A stretch of DNA of 61,901 nt, the filler included, from Sphacelaria rigidula (Eukaryota): assembly GCA_964200075.2 (NCBI GenBank). It is 11 parts of 11 records of this genome, joined end to end, with 100 filler letters (N's around TTAATTAATTAA, not from the genome) between each part and the next. Parts side by side here need not be neighbours in the genome. Positions count along the whole stretch, not along the records: positions 33,822 to 39,357 come from CAXNAA020026532.1; positions 39,458 to 44,993 come from CAXNAA020026533.1; positions 45,094 to 50,629 come from CAXNAA020026534.1; 8 more parts are not named here. One strand, written 5' to 3'. Shown here piece by piece: positions 37,825-50,729 of this stretch; positions within the stretch are counted from its first letter, which is position 1, and every line of letters starts with the position of its first letter. Made by a program: the position numbers and the translations under genes. Under the pieces are notes generated by a model. The model made no database searches, had not been told where the DNA came from, and was given only the letters and a program-made list of their open reading frames with translations.

Positions 37825-38796
37825 TTACCCGTAAACGACATGAATGACAGCAGTAAGAGCCTGCTGCTGCTCCTCCCCTGTCACCCCACCAACTACCGCT
37901 GCATCTGCGTTCACCTCCACGACTGCCGGCACACTTCTCCCACTAAGCCCCCCATCCTCGTGCTGCCCACGAATGCTCCGCCTCGCGCCCCCACCATACT
38001 GCAAGAAGGCAAGAGCCCGCTGTGCGCCACGCGCGTTCCTTTCAAGCTTTTCCACCCGTGCTGAAACGCTCATTGCCCTAGACGTCCATTCCTGGAGCCC
38101 CGCGACCCTACCGCCGCGGTCGCTGCCGGCGCTGCCACTGCCATCGAGCAACGGGCGAAAACCCCAGTGTCCGATGTGGGGCAGAGGGACCCCGCCGGGG
38201 GGACAAGGATCGATCTGTGCGCCGGGGTAATCTAGCGAGCAATAGAACAGGCGTTGGTTGGGCATGCGAGCCTTCACTGCCTGCCCCTGGGCTTCAGTCT
38301 CGAATACTGCGAGGTCCTTAAACACCGCGAACAAAACCGTCCACCGTAGGGGTTCGTGCTCTGGACGCAGCTGTATCAGCCTCACCACGTACCCTAGAAA
38401 TCCATCGGGAGCGGGAGATTCCGGGGCGGAGGGGAGGAGATCATCGGCTCTCGCCGCCGCATTTCCCCCGCCCACAGCATTGTTGGCCAACATGACTCCG
38501 GCTCCCGGGTGATCCAGCATGAGAGTACGGATGGGGAGGAAGTTTAGAGGGCCAGAATACAGGCCACGGCAGCGGAAATCGTAGACGATGCGCTCGCTGG
38601 CCACGACTGCCGAGGACATGGCTGCGCGGCGCGCATTAGATACCGAGCGGGCGATGCGCTGGTCCGGGATGGTGCCCAGGTCGGACACCAGGCCGATGAT
38701 CCCGCCGCCATACTTGGTGGCGTAGGTTTGTAGGCTCTCCCTGGCGCGCTGGGTGGCGCGCAAATTTCCGCTCTCTTCTGTCGCGCGTTGTAGCAC
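37825..38796 (-). CDS. Unidentified GC-rich open frame, probably a host exon (candidate acceptor at ~38778)
   Basis: 323 stop-free codons with protein-like composition and markedly higher GC than the flanks; no motif recognised. Confidence 0.55.
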   Translation of the reverse strand: MLQRATEESGNLRATQRARESLQTYATKYGGGIIGLVSDLGTIPDQRIARSVSNARRAAMSSAVVASERIVYDFRCRGLYSGPLNFLPIRTLMLDHPGAGVMLANNAVGGGNAAARADDLLPSAPESPAPDGFLGYVVRLIQLRPEHEPLRWTVLFAVFKDLAVFETEAQGQAVKARMPNQRLFYCSLDYPGAQIDPCPPGGVPLPHIGHWGFRPLLDGSGSAGSDRGGRVAGLQEWTSRAMSVSARVEKLERNARGAQRALAFLQYGGGARRSIRGQHEDGGLSGRSVPAVVEVNADAAVVGGVTGEEQQQALTAVIHVVYG

Positions 38797-39457
38797 GTTT
38801 TTGATATATTGCTGTGAGTGTTGGAGCGGTGGGATGGAGAAGGGTGGGGAGGGCGAGAGGCGGGGATGACCGGTCGCCCACGAATGAAATTACGGATTCT
38901 TTCAATAACGAACGCAGGATATAATGAGCGACAATCAGATCAATCAAGCGATCAAATTAATGAATCCCCTGTTGTTCACAGGTCAGCCAAAATCTACTTG
39001 AAAAAGGGGGTACGGGTGAAGATAGGAGATGAGCACTTGGTGTTGTCACAGGCACCGGGAAGTGCATTGCCGTCTTGGCCTGATGATGACCAGTCTATGG
39101 GGTTGCTTGGTCTGTCATGGTTAGGCATGCCACATCAATAAAGAAAAACTCGACATACATATCGATTTCACCAGAAAAAGGTGAGATATCGCAGCTCAAA
39201 ATCTCTGTAAGCGAGAACCTTTGGGCACAGGGTTTCTACAAGTCATATTTTGCTGGGAAATGATACAACGTGTTGGTGACCATTTATCTATCCACCAGAC
39301 GAGCCGGTCGCCCCGGTGGCTCAGTTGGTAACCTCGTAACCTTCTGATGGTTGAGTTNNNNNNNNNNNNNNNNNNNNNNNNNNNNNNNNNNNNNNNNNNN
39401 NTTAATTAATTAANNNNNNNNNNNNNNNNNNNNNNNNNNNNNNNNNNNNNNNNNNNN

Positions 39458-40385
39458 GAAGTTGGAAGCAGTACAGATGACAGCAGCTAGGAAAATACTT
39501 GGATGCTCGAAAACGACGAGTGATACAGCATTGAGAGCAGAGTTGGGAATGTTTTCACTTGAAACAGAGACATGAGAGACTTGCAATGACAATACAGCTT
39601 GAAGGATATGCAGAAAAAAAGATTGCCAGCTATAGTTGATGGGGCTGCATGGAAGAAAAGTACGAAAGGGCATGCTGGGATAAGGTGGGATATAAAGAAG
39701 TCGAGGAAGTATGGAAGCTGATAGGAGGAAACCAAGACGAAATACTGTCCAAAGGTGAAGACACAGGGTTCAAGGCAAAAGTAAGAGACATGATCGAAAT
39801 GAGGAGAAAAGGAGCGCTCAGACGCAAAGTAGACGGGGAAGAACACCTGAAGATATACCGGGGGTTAAGAGAGGGGATAGGGATGAAAGCATATGTGCAT
39901 GGCCCGATGGACGCGGCGACATATTTGAAATTGCGATTTCGGGTGGGAGACCTGCTGGACCTGCCAGAGAGAAGAAAAATATATAACAGTCGTCGAAAGG
40001 AGGAGGGAGTAGAACTGCCTCTGTGGCACAGCAATAGAGAGCAGAAGTCATATAGTGGCAAAATGTGAACTATACAAAGAGGAACGGGAGGGGGAAATGT
40101 GGGGCGTGAACGAAGGTGGCATAAAATTGTTTGATGCATTGGACAGTAGGGAGAAACCATGGCTATACTAGTATATATATGGTAGCCAGAGACGGCGAAA
40201 CAGGACGGGGATGAGATGTGAAAAAGGATTTTGTGTCATGTATGGAAGAAACGTAATGAGCACCTAAATTGTAGAGGTGTTTCTATAAGGAGTGGGAACG
40301 GTGCCCAGTCTCGAGAGGGGTGCGTGTTCAATGGTCAAACGACTGAGGCAAGCAACAAACGAGCACGCCCCCCATCAAGCATGCT
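39458..40385 (+). mobile_element. LINE 3' fragment, same family as 33861-35945
   Basis: KLEAVQMTAARKILGCSKTTS; LKLRFRVGDL; CLCG..IESRSHIVAKC zinc knuckle; 3' tail ...gagcacgccccc. Confidence 0.9.
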
Positions 40386-41049
40386 GCAGCTAGCTGTGTA
40401 GACAGAACACATATGTAGAGCTGAATAAGTCCCCAAACGTTCACCAGAATGGAAATAAATTGTTTCGGTTGCTGTTGTTGTTCCTTCAAGTCCATTACGG
40501 CCGAGAAGGCTCCTCAGGCGAACTTTTTATCATGTCTGTCCGCAGTTTTGTGTCTTCCCGCCGTTCATCACGAAGCTCCGAACCACGCACCTTTTCTGAG
40601 CCGATACATCGAACACGTTTGATATACGGACTACCTTGGCCAATGTGTCACATTCGCATGACAATCGACGAGAATTTCCTTCAGGCCCGCAGCCACGTAG
40701 TTGGGTTTGGGTCGTCGCACGGTTTGAGCCTCAACGTACGCCCTTTGACGGTGCTGTCCGGCCTCCACCGCTGTCACCCCCGTATCACTCGTATCCCACT
40801 GTGTCCAAGGAGAGTTGAGGTTACTGCCTTTTGGTTGATGCGGACGAGGATTAAGCCGTCCATGCTGGGTGGGGGAAGAAATGTGTTGCTAGCAAGAAAT
40901 GTTCGCCTATTGTGCTGTGGCGTTGCCGCCATCCGGCCGAAAAAAGTAGCAGAGTTTACCGGCGTTGGGCTACGAATGTCGATGGTTGATTTTACTTGAT
41001 CTGAGTGTGAACAACGAGAATCGGAATTTTAGTGGGGCTGACAGTCCCG

Positions 41050-41240
41050 TGAGCTCCTCGCGTGCGCAGAACGCGTTTTCGTTGAAATCGGTGCCACAGT
41101 CGCCGATATGGGGTCTACCAAGGCCGCATTTTGCCTGGGGAACGCATGTACCGTCATTGCCCGAAGGTTCTGAGTATGCGTTAGGGTTAGGGTCAGCGAT
41201 ACTTGTAAAATTGTGTCAACCATGGACATTTGTAGCCCGG
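41050..41240. repeat. Dispersed repeat carrying telomere-like TTAGGG units; relatives at ~53690-53890 (inverted), ~57660-57880 and ~60590-60790
   Basis: Shared cagaacg.gtttt.g..aaa.cgg...tttgcct.gg.aac....ccga.ggttc....atgc..gttagggttagggtcagcg. Confidence 0.7.
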
Positions 41241-42621
41241 TGCCGGTAAACTAGTCTCGAAAAAAGGGACTTTGCTTCCCACCCACGAATGCGTAGATAC
41301 ATGGATAAATAGATGCTACATTGTTTTTTAATCAGATCTAAACGCACCAAGTTTTCTCTTTTCTGAGTTTGCGGGCAGTAACAGGCTCTAGCTGGCTATC
41401 CCGTCTTCATCTAACAATACAAAAGCTTGAATGCGAGTATTCCCGTCATGATAAAACAAAGGTTCAAGAGGACACCGAGAGCCACCGGGTCACACCGCTT
41501 TTCAATACGTAGATCGCAACAGCGGGTGGGCACTTGCTCTTTGTGCCTCGTGGCCCGGCGCTTGTGACCGGTTTTCGCGGCTACGATGCACGCACACGCT
41601 CTGAGGGCCATTTCCCCGTTTTTTAATGTGTTCCGAGCACGGTGTCCTTTCTTTTTGGTGAAGAAAAGATGCACGGCACGTGTTCTCCAAGGCCATGTTC
41701 CTTTTCAGTTTGCCTGGGTTGAAAAGTGGTCACATCCGAAAATTAAAACTGCTGCTTGATCCATGCAGTCTGGTGCATGCGCAACTCCGATACTGCTCGC
41801 ACTCCACTACATACAGGTTTGTCTTTGCTGTTGTTGGAGGCGACGGTGATGATTGTGACCGCTTGGGCTGCTGCCAACACAACGTATGGTGGGATGCGGG
41901 ATGTAGGGCGCCTAAATCATCCATCTTTCGTTTTTCCAGGGTCTCTCTCCTCGGTATAAATGGGTTAATTAATCGCCGATAGACAGTCTCCAGTTTCCCC
42001 CACCGTGAAGAACGCCTTGTTGCTGAAGCGGTGGTGCCAATTCTTTGGTACGGGTGATACGGTAACACGTACCGCGCGCGCATATAGTGACCGCGACGAT
42101 TGATCGTAGTAATATCCCTCACAGGGGTGCCTCCGGATGGAAGGGTTCCTCAGAGAAGAGACATGGGCAAGAGTAACGGACCGAAAAAATCACACACGCA
42201 TCAAATATATTATTCAGTTCGCAGGCGTGGGGCCAATCTACTCCCCCCAGAGTAGCTCTGCTCAACACAGCAGGGGCAGAGCGTAGCCCTTCGGCGACCA
42301 TGTCTTCTTCCATATACCGTCGCAAAGATTCTGCCCCAAAGTTCCACTAGTACAGTATTAATAATGCCTCGCTTTGGTCTGACCGCCATTTCCCCATGCT
42401 TGCGCCGGCGCAATTGCTCTGAGAAGCGGCGTCATGATACGAATTGACGATGTCTTGTTTATTTGCCTTATACGATGCTACTGCGCCAGCAGCTTCTCCT
42501 CACTTGTGCCTTCACGAGGCCGCCGTCAATCGTACGCTCGCCCACTCGCTGCTGTCCCCTTCGCGGCGTCCTTGCTGCTGCCATGCACTCCCTGTATATT
42601 TGGCACGCGGCTTTGCTGCAG

Positions 42622-42695
42622 GCATTCATGCGCATGACGGTATTAGTGCTGGACCTGATGGTGTTCTACACGGCGGCTGGCGCCTTGACTACCAG
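42622..42695 (+). CDS. Probable exon of an ALG6/ALG8-family dolichyl glucosyltransferase
   Basis: ctgcag|AFMRMTVLVLDLMVFYTAAGALTT|gtaggt resembles the ALG6 'KLFMR.TVL..DL.I' segment. Splice sites are strong, but no neighbouring exon was found on this contig. Confidence 0.5.
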
Positions 42696-43158
42696 GTAGG
42701 TACTAGAGCGGCAGTCTGTGCCTCAGCAAAAATATTTGCTTCTACTTGTTCGCTCAACCTCCAGCACACGTGACGTCGTGATACTGCGTTGGAGCTTCTG
42801 CGTTGTATTTAAAGCAAAGGCCAGTACCAAGGCCTTGCAATACGCGTGTAGGACGTGGGTTTTCCAGCATCTTTACGATACCGACGGCACAGACATTTCA
42901 GTTTGTGCAATGGAAATATCGTATGAATACTAGCAGCTTTCAGCACGCCATAAGCGCACAGTCCTTTCGCGCACTGACGTGTGCAGGCGTCAAACAGTTG
43001 GTCTAGAGTTGTTGCAACAAAACGAGGAATACGTGCCCATGGTGCTTTGGGTAAGATCGCCGGTGCGCAGACCGAAAATGGTGTTATTCCATTTGCCGTT
43101 CCCGGTGGTGTGATGCGCAATATACTCGACAAATGAGTGAAAATAGTGGCACCACACG

Positions 43159-43581
43159 CCGGTCGCCCAGGTGGCTCAGTTGGTTACCACGAAGTCTTCT
43201 GACGGTTGGGTCGTGGGCTCGAAGCTCGGAGCGATCTGGGATTTCTTCTCACACAATACCAAACAGTGGAGAGCGACTATGTCGGGTACACAAACATTCG
43301 ACGTGATGATCGGCGAGGGAAAGCGGCTGCTGAACCTCTATAACAAATAATCGACGTGATGGCCGACGAGGGAAAGGGACTGCTGAACCCCTCTCGCGAT
43401 AAAAAACCAAAAAGCAAGCACCGCAGAAGGAAGGTGGAGGACTAGAACAGACAGAAACGAAAGAAACTCCTGTGCTGGCCTTCCTCCTGTGTGACCCCGG
43501 GCGGTGCGCCCACATATACCGAAAGGTGTAGACCGGCGTCCAGAATAGGTGGGACGACAACACACACACGCACACAGACAC
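43159..43581 (+). mobile_element. Full-length tRNA-derived SINE with a (CA)n tail and an internal ~45-bp duplication
   Basis: A/B boxes at 43172-43226; 3' end gggacgacaacacacacac; matches 52684-53040. Confidence 0.85.
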
Positions 43582-46500
43582 TTCAGCTGCCTTCCGGAAC
43601 TAGAGACATGTAATTGCCAGAGTAACCTGCACGTACTGTCGTGACTTGTGCAATTATCCTGAAGCTTGCTTCCGTGTTGCGCTTGGAGGTTTTGTTCAAT
43701 GTGCGCCGATTCACTGTGAACCGTACGTCGACACTGTGCGCTTGAATTTTCGCAGTTGACCCATGCCTGAGCAAATCACAATCATCTTCCGCTTTGTAGA
43801 TAGCATATCGTATATGTTGGCAAGAACAATCGTGATGTGCTACTTCGCCTGAGGGAGGTCCCATGGCCAAGATCTTGGGCGGAACAAGTTGGCGGGTGAC
43901 TAGTGTCGCAAGGGGTCGTTGTCGCTGTGGTGCATACCATCCCTCGCAGCAAATCCGTCCGTCTGTCTCAAGAATGCTCAACTCGTTTTGTTTATTTTTG
44001 TTCCATGTTCGCCACAAGGTTTCACGCCGCTATATCCATAGACCCACTGTAAACGATAGCCTCGGGCATGGGTAACTTTGTATTGGGATGTCAGATGCGC
44101 AGACTAAAATAGAGAGACAAAATAGACTGAATTAACTAGATCCCTGGAGGAAGCAACCAACATGAAAAAAGTGTGTCAACAAAAGCAAAGGCACATGCCA
44201 TCCATGGATATTTCGCATGTGAAACCTTGGGCATACGTCACTTCGGGGCATAGCAATTTTTCGATTTACAAAATTTCTCTCCTCTCCGCAATCCTTCGGT
44301 ATGTCGTCATCCAATCTACCGATACCCGATCCATATCTTCACCATCTGCACCCAGAACCCGCGTTATATATCTATACAACTGAGCGCGAGCATATTCGGT
44401 CATACTGTAGCGACGTGGATAAAACTCAAGATCTATGTGAATCTTGGCCGTATCTCGTTTTGTGATCTGCTGTAGTCGTTGCTATTTCAGCTCATCTCTA
44501 CAAACGGATGTATGACGAAGGCAGTATATAATTTTGCCCACTGAGAACAAGTTGCGTATATCAGGTTATGACCAGGTGTGTGTGTGTGTGTGCTCAGTAC
44601 GCGATTTTTTTCTTCAATCTCGCTCACCTGCGCCTCTTTCCGTGAAAAGATCATCGACTCAGAGAGTATCTTGTCTAGCAAGATGCGCGCGTGTGTGAGA
44701 GAGACACAAGATCTATAGCAACGCCACAGTAAAATCGGTACAAGTATGTTGCAGTAAAGATCACTCTATATCTTTTCACATGCTTCACAACTGCGGGGAG
44801 GCAACAAGAGCCAATGCAAGAGCACAGTACCGTGCCAGGTAACTGTATCGACTGTGTCGGTCCGACCGCGCCGCAAACTCTGCTCTTGGGTGTGCCTCCC
44901 ACGATCAGCTATCCCCCCCACCCAATGGTGAGGCACCCATGAGAGCGTGTATAAGCTGTGGCTGTCTCAGGAAGTGGCGATACCAGAAAATAANNNNNNN
45001 NNNNNNNNNNNNNNNNNNNNNNNNNNNNNNNNNNNNNTTAATTAATTAANNNNNNNNNNNNNNNNNNNNNNNNNNNNNNNNNNNNNNNNNNNNTATTCGG
45101 CTCCCCCACTCGTTCCCGGAGTGTGTGCACTGGGGTCCCTAGCAGTCAACTCCAAACATAGCCACCAGGCTATACCCCACCCTTTTTCTTTTGGGCCATT
45201 TTTTACAGAGGTTTCATCTCCTCTTTTTTCTTCAATGCTGATGATAAGGTTGGTGGTGCTGCTGCTCGTCACGCTGCTTCCTGCAGATACGGCAACCTGA
45301 GCTAGTGCCGTAGTGGCATGACTTCACAAGAGCTGCGCAGGGTATTGCCGGGACAATGTCGCGCACATGGTCTGAGATTGTACGTACGATAAACACGTAT
45401 GGGACAACACAGAAAGAAAATCGGCACGAAGATCTTATCATGTAAATTTGGACCATGGATATACAAAATGCAAGACGGAAGGACATGCATGGAGCAATCA
45501 TTACTCACTTGAACTGATTTTCGTCCAGATATTCATCAACGACCAGTTTCCCGTCTTTCAGTAGCAATCGTCGAAGAAGCCTTATCGGGGGTTAACGCTG
45601 CAATCGGAAAGACGTACTCATACCCCTGGATCTCGACCTTCGCGGATAATATTCCACCACTCAGAGAAGCTGGTGACTGTATCATGGGCCTTTGGAATTC
45701 CCGCGAGGAGCTCCTGCTACAAATTGACGGTCGCGAAGCTGAAGGAGAACACGAGGACTTGTGGGGATCAGGGCCTCAGCGGGGTGCAGAAGGACTTGAT
45801 ATGGTCGCTGCTGAAAAGCACGACGGACAGGCATCTGGCTTTGAAGAGTTACGACGATGGGGAGAAAGTCAAGGAGAAGGACACCTACTGTTGTACTCTG
45901 AATCAGAGATTTTTGCGAACACTCGCGATGCAAAGTGCAGCGACAGCGATGAGGGGGGCAGAGATGTTCATAATCCACGTTGTTTCTCTTGTTTCCTTCA
46001 GTTTTGGTTTTGTTCTGTCGTGCTGTTGCTTGTCCCGTTCAGTGCTGTAAAGTGTTGGTGTCGCGCTCCCGCAGGGCACGTGGGTGAGATTCCTGCCTAA
46101 GTTATGTGGTTGCAAGATAGCTAAGTCGTAATCTGCTTCGATGATGCCCTTTTGCTCCTTGTTTTGTTTCGATTTGATTCCTCTCGTTTCGTCCTTACAC
46201 GACCGCCTGACCGGAAGCCTTGCGGCAGCCGCCTGCCGTTTTTTTTCTTGATCCCACTTGCCGGCGTTTGCTCTCTTCGTCCTCGTTCACCTTTCCTGCG
46301 GATTGAGGGCCTACAGCGATCGTCAACTTTGTTTTCCTTGGGGAACAATCGTTTCGCGAGATTGTCTAGCATTTGATTGAGAGATAGAACTCAAAGAATC
46401 GGGAATACTATTAGTTCATATGTCGACTGGTGTTTCTTGGGGGAAACCCTTCCCCGAGCCAGGCGAAGATCGGCTCGAATGGAAGCCCTCAGCCAGGGGA

Positions 46501-46619
46501 TGAATCGAATTTTTTTCTGAATTGCTTTCACCTCGTCAATCAGTAGAAATCTAGAACTCCGTTTTCATAAACGGTCGACCAATGCCTGAAGCAGTTTCAC
46601 TGCTGAAATGCCCCTTAAA

Positions 46620-46799
46620 GCGTTATACAAGACCTTGTACACCTTCTGTACGAGCTGGGCCAGCCATAAAACGCACAAACGCACATCACACAACTTCTCA
46701 AGTTTCCCGAATCAGCCCGATTCAAGCATATCGCTTCGGAATTCGAACTCGTGACCTCCATAACTGGAGCCTCGTGAATCACTTGGATTACAGGGGCGA
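46620..46799 (-). mobile_element. Possible second tRNA-derived SINE family
   Basis: The minus strand begins TCGCCCCTGTAATCCAAGTG...GAGTTCGAATTCCG (A-box-like and B-box); the body differs from the main SINE. Confidence 0.45.
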
Positions 46800-48954
46800 A
46801 GCAGTGTCACACCAACAGTGCCAGGCTGGGCCCGATTCAAGAAGTTTATGGCCTAATTTTCACCATGATCTCCTGCACGCAAGTACGTACATGTCTGGTG
46901 ATGCCGCCGTTTTGGAGTCGTGCCATTTTTGCAATTTTTGCTGAAATTTCAAATGCTCCAAGTTTCTGTTCTGTTTCGTTTTTCTTGGCATCCCGAGGAA
47001 TGTTGTGCGGGTTGACAAAAAAATGTGTCAATATTTCAGCGCCCAACTCCGGAAATCTAGCACCGCCGAACACGAAAACGTTCAAGGATCACTGTCAGCT
47101 GGCCCAGCAGCTCGTAGTAATTCGCCGTTGTAGCCCCTCAAATCCCCGAGTAAGATATTGAAGTGTTTCAGAAAAAAGCACATCGACAATCCTGCAGGCG
47201 AACACGCACACACAAAATGGAAAATTGGTCAAGCTAGAGCGAATCATGAAACTAACTCCCAGAGAAAGTTCAGACACACTCAATCTGGCGAAAAGGTTGT
47301 CGGGTATTTTTTCAGCGTTTGACCACGGTTAGGTTCGGAGCGGATCAGTGAATGTGCGACAATTAGCCGATCAAACCACCGTCGGTGGATTGCGGTGTGG
47401 ACACCATTGTATCAGACGTACAGAGCGGTGCCCGACAAGCACGGAGAAGCGCAGCCGATGCGCGGAACCTTTGAGCAGATCGCAAACTACTCCAATTGGT
47501 TTCAACTGAGACATGCGGAAATCACGTGGCACAGACTAAACACGATTCCACCACTGAGGACTATGAAGATATCAAGACTATTTATTCAACACAGACCACA
47601 ATATGTTTAAATTCAACTCGCGCAGGCAGCACAGAAAAAATCAAGTGATGCAGACTAAACATGATTGCAGTGACTGGCAGAACACATAAGTTGAAGAGGG
47701 GACGCGACTATATTAGTATACAAAGAGCAAGCGCAATTTAAACCGACAAGTACCAAGCTGTACTTGATGTGCCCAAGGCCACCAGAACACCGTACAAGTA
47801 GTACAGACACGACAACGGTTATGTGGGCATCTCGCGTGTGACCTCTGCGTGGCCCTGCCGAATATTCGGCTAGATCGAGCTCAGGGCTACAAGGAATAAA
47901 TACACACGAGTTTACCAAATGGATCCCAGGTGAAAGTAGAATCCGGCAAGTGCATGAAATAAATATGCATTTTTGTATCCCAATCCGTCACCTCCGAGAC
48001 ACTACGCGATGCATCTGAAGCTAGACGTGATACCTGCCGACGTCAAAATAGAAAACCGTGCACGTGGCGGTTATGTGTCGACCTAGGAAAACACGGCGCG
48101 GATAAGCCCTGCGGGAACACCGCCGCAATTTCTACAAGAGGCAGGATGGAGAGTACTATAACGTAGTTCGTCAACAGTGCGATTTGCAGAGGGGTGACTG
48201 TCGCGATTATACGGAGCACGGCCTCTGTAAAAGAGTGAACGACCCGAAGGAAATGGTGCCATTTCGTGCTCTTCTCAGTCGCAGGCTTGACCCTAGTCAG
48301 CACGCGCGGGAAAGTTACGTAGACTATCGTGGTCCGCGCACTACTCCGTCCGCTCCAGTCGCACTCCTCTTTGTTTATCGCCAGCCCGTGCTAGATATCG
48401 ACCCCGGTGAGGTCTAGCTTATTGTACTGCCGGGCCTGATTTCGTGGCTTGCGTTGCCATGTCTCATACCGTGAGAGCGGCGGGTTGTGGAAGCCTTCCA
48501 CGACAGATTTCCGAGTTATTGCTGCCTGTTGGGATTTCTGGGCGACCCCAGGCCCTGATGTATGTGAGAAAAACCTCTGTTGCAGGATACCCTACGGATG
48601 ACGAAGGCGGGGGAGTAAGGGGGTCGAATACGGGAGGTAAACGGTGTTGCGTCATGTCAACTTCGACAAGCAATATGCTTGCAGCACCGTGATCTGCGTG
48701 GTGGTATTTGGATACGGACCCGACGTGCGCGGTGAGGAGAAACATGATTATTGCGCCTGTCACGTACTTTGAACATTAAAGTGATGCAGTTCGTATCCCG
48801 TTTGAGACTACAGAAACGGTATCGCAAGGCATCTCGTAAGTCTCGTCTATCCGGTTTTACAGCGAAAACGATTTACCTGTATCTACGTGTATCCGAGCAA
48901 TAATCTTCGGTGAAACGCATGGACAGGAAACCCTCGACCTCCACTTGGAGCGCT

Positions 48955-50161
48955 CTAAGACGCCAGCCCAAGTACTGTGAGTTGAGTGCTTTTGAACACA
49001 ATAGTACTTTCCATATACACTTCGCACAGAAAGTCACTACAGTACCGTGCCGTGCCTGATATTGGTGACCCTGGAAAATTCTCAGACAAGTGTTGCCAAC
49101 GGTCCATGTCGATCATCCGAGCAGCAGAACACGAAGTACAGCGTGATTTGCAACCCCACCAGTTGTACCTCGCCTGGCTGAACGCACGGGGATTGATCCA
49201 CCACTCCCTCTCCGACGCGGCTTTCATATGTAACTCCCAGGCGAGGAAACGACGGAACATGCTGACGAAGTATAAAACACTCTGCTTCAGGTCGAAGAAC
49301 AACTGGTACGTGGTGATTTTTTTTTCCATTCCTTGCCGGTGGGGCCAGTACGTTGCCTCTTCAGCTCATTTCTCCACTACGCAGACAAGGCTGCGATCTG
49401 CATCAGCCGCTCGATGTGGACGGAATCAGGGCCGTGAATGTACCCCTTGGGCGTTGTCGTAGTCATGAATCATCAACCATATCGACTGCGCGTTGAACTC
49501 CCCGTTAAGTCCCTTATGTTGCATCCATGGTATCGGAGGTATATGGCCGAACCTGCACGACAAAACAAACTATGGTAGTAAGCATACAACCCGCCACAAA
49601 TGGGCGCCAGACGCGACGCCCCGCGCGTCCTCCGTGCGATTGTCGAAATCGCGCATTGATCGCAACCTGCACAGGGAATGCGAAAGCCTGCACTATGGCA
49701 AGGGAAGACGGTCACTTAGATCACGTATTTATCTACCCGCGTGCTTTATTTCATCGCCTGCCTACACAGTCGGAGGCGATATGCCTTTCAAAGTATCGGC
49801 TGCCTGCAGCTTGGCCCCTTGTGACCTTGTTTGGCCGCAAAACCTTCAGCGTGTGAAGACCGCCCACAATGATGGCAGCCGCTAAAACGGAATATCTGGT
49901 GCTCGTGTGGCCATCGGCTACGCGTAGGAGCGTCAGTCTAATCATGATACTAGCTACAAGTTGCGTCCTGCCGTGTAGAGTTATGTGCTCAAGAAAGGCA
50001 CGGAGGGTGGCATCGTACATAGCGCACTGAGGATATCGAATACAGTTAATCAGCAAGTGGGGCAGTTGAGAATATATCAGACCGGCTCCGCGACCCGTAT
50101 AACGGTGAAACAGTATGAGAACCAAGTCGGGTTCGGTTCGGGTAAGCTGGAACGGCTCCAT
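48955..50161 (-). pseudogene. Heavily decayed hAT-like transposase (tentative)
   Basis: HITLH...LTLL...GHT and DRWQHLSENFP...TARY...YMES.IVF loosely resemble the hAT catalytic-core start and C-terminal dimerisation domain. Confidence 0.35.
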
Positions 50162-50729
50162 ATTTACATGGTAAAAGCTCCATGATAGTGGGTCAGGGCA
50201 AACCAGAGATTGCCGGTGGTGCCAGTTCCGAGCGGAACGGTGTTAAGGGTCACCAATATGTGGTCCTGATTTGTAGGTGATATTCTTGTGCTTTGCTCAG
50301 GTTGACTTTTTTATTACTTTTTTTGTCACGCCTTATTGCTATGTCGTTCTGTTCGACCCCTCTTTCTTCTTTTTTTTCTGTTCCTTCTTTTCTTCTCAGA
50401 TCGGGTTTCAGTTTCGTTTTTGTTGGGTACGTCTATCATGAGACCACGGCTGGACCCCTCGGGGGTCAGTTAAAGTGCGACAATCAAACAATCAATCAAT
50501 CAACTGGGATGTGGCGCCCTACGAGGGTCGGATTAATTCATCGCCTGGATGGTCAAACACGTGGAAGCTCCCGGTGCTCCGTCTCGAAAGGGATGCGTGG
50601 TCAATGGTCAAATGACTAAGGCAAGCAACNNNNNNNNNNNNNNNNNNNNNNNNNNNNNNNNNNNNNNNNNNNNTTAATTAATTAANNNNNNNNNNNNNNN
50701 NNNNNNNNNNNNNNNNNNNNNNNNNNNNN

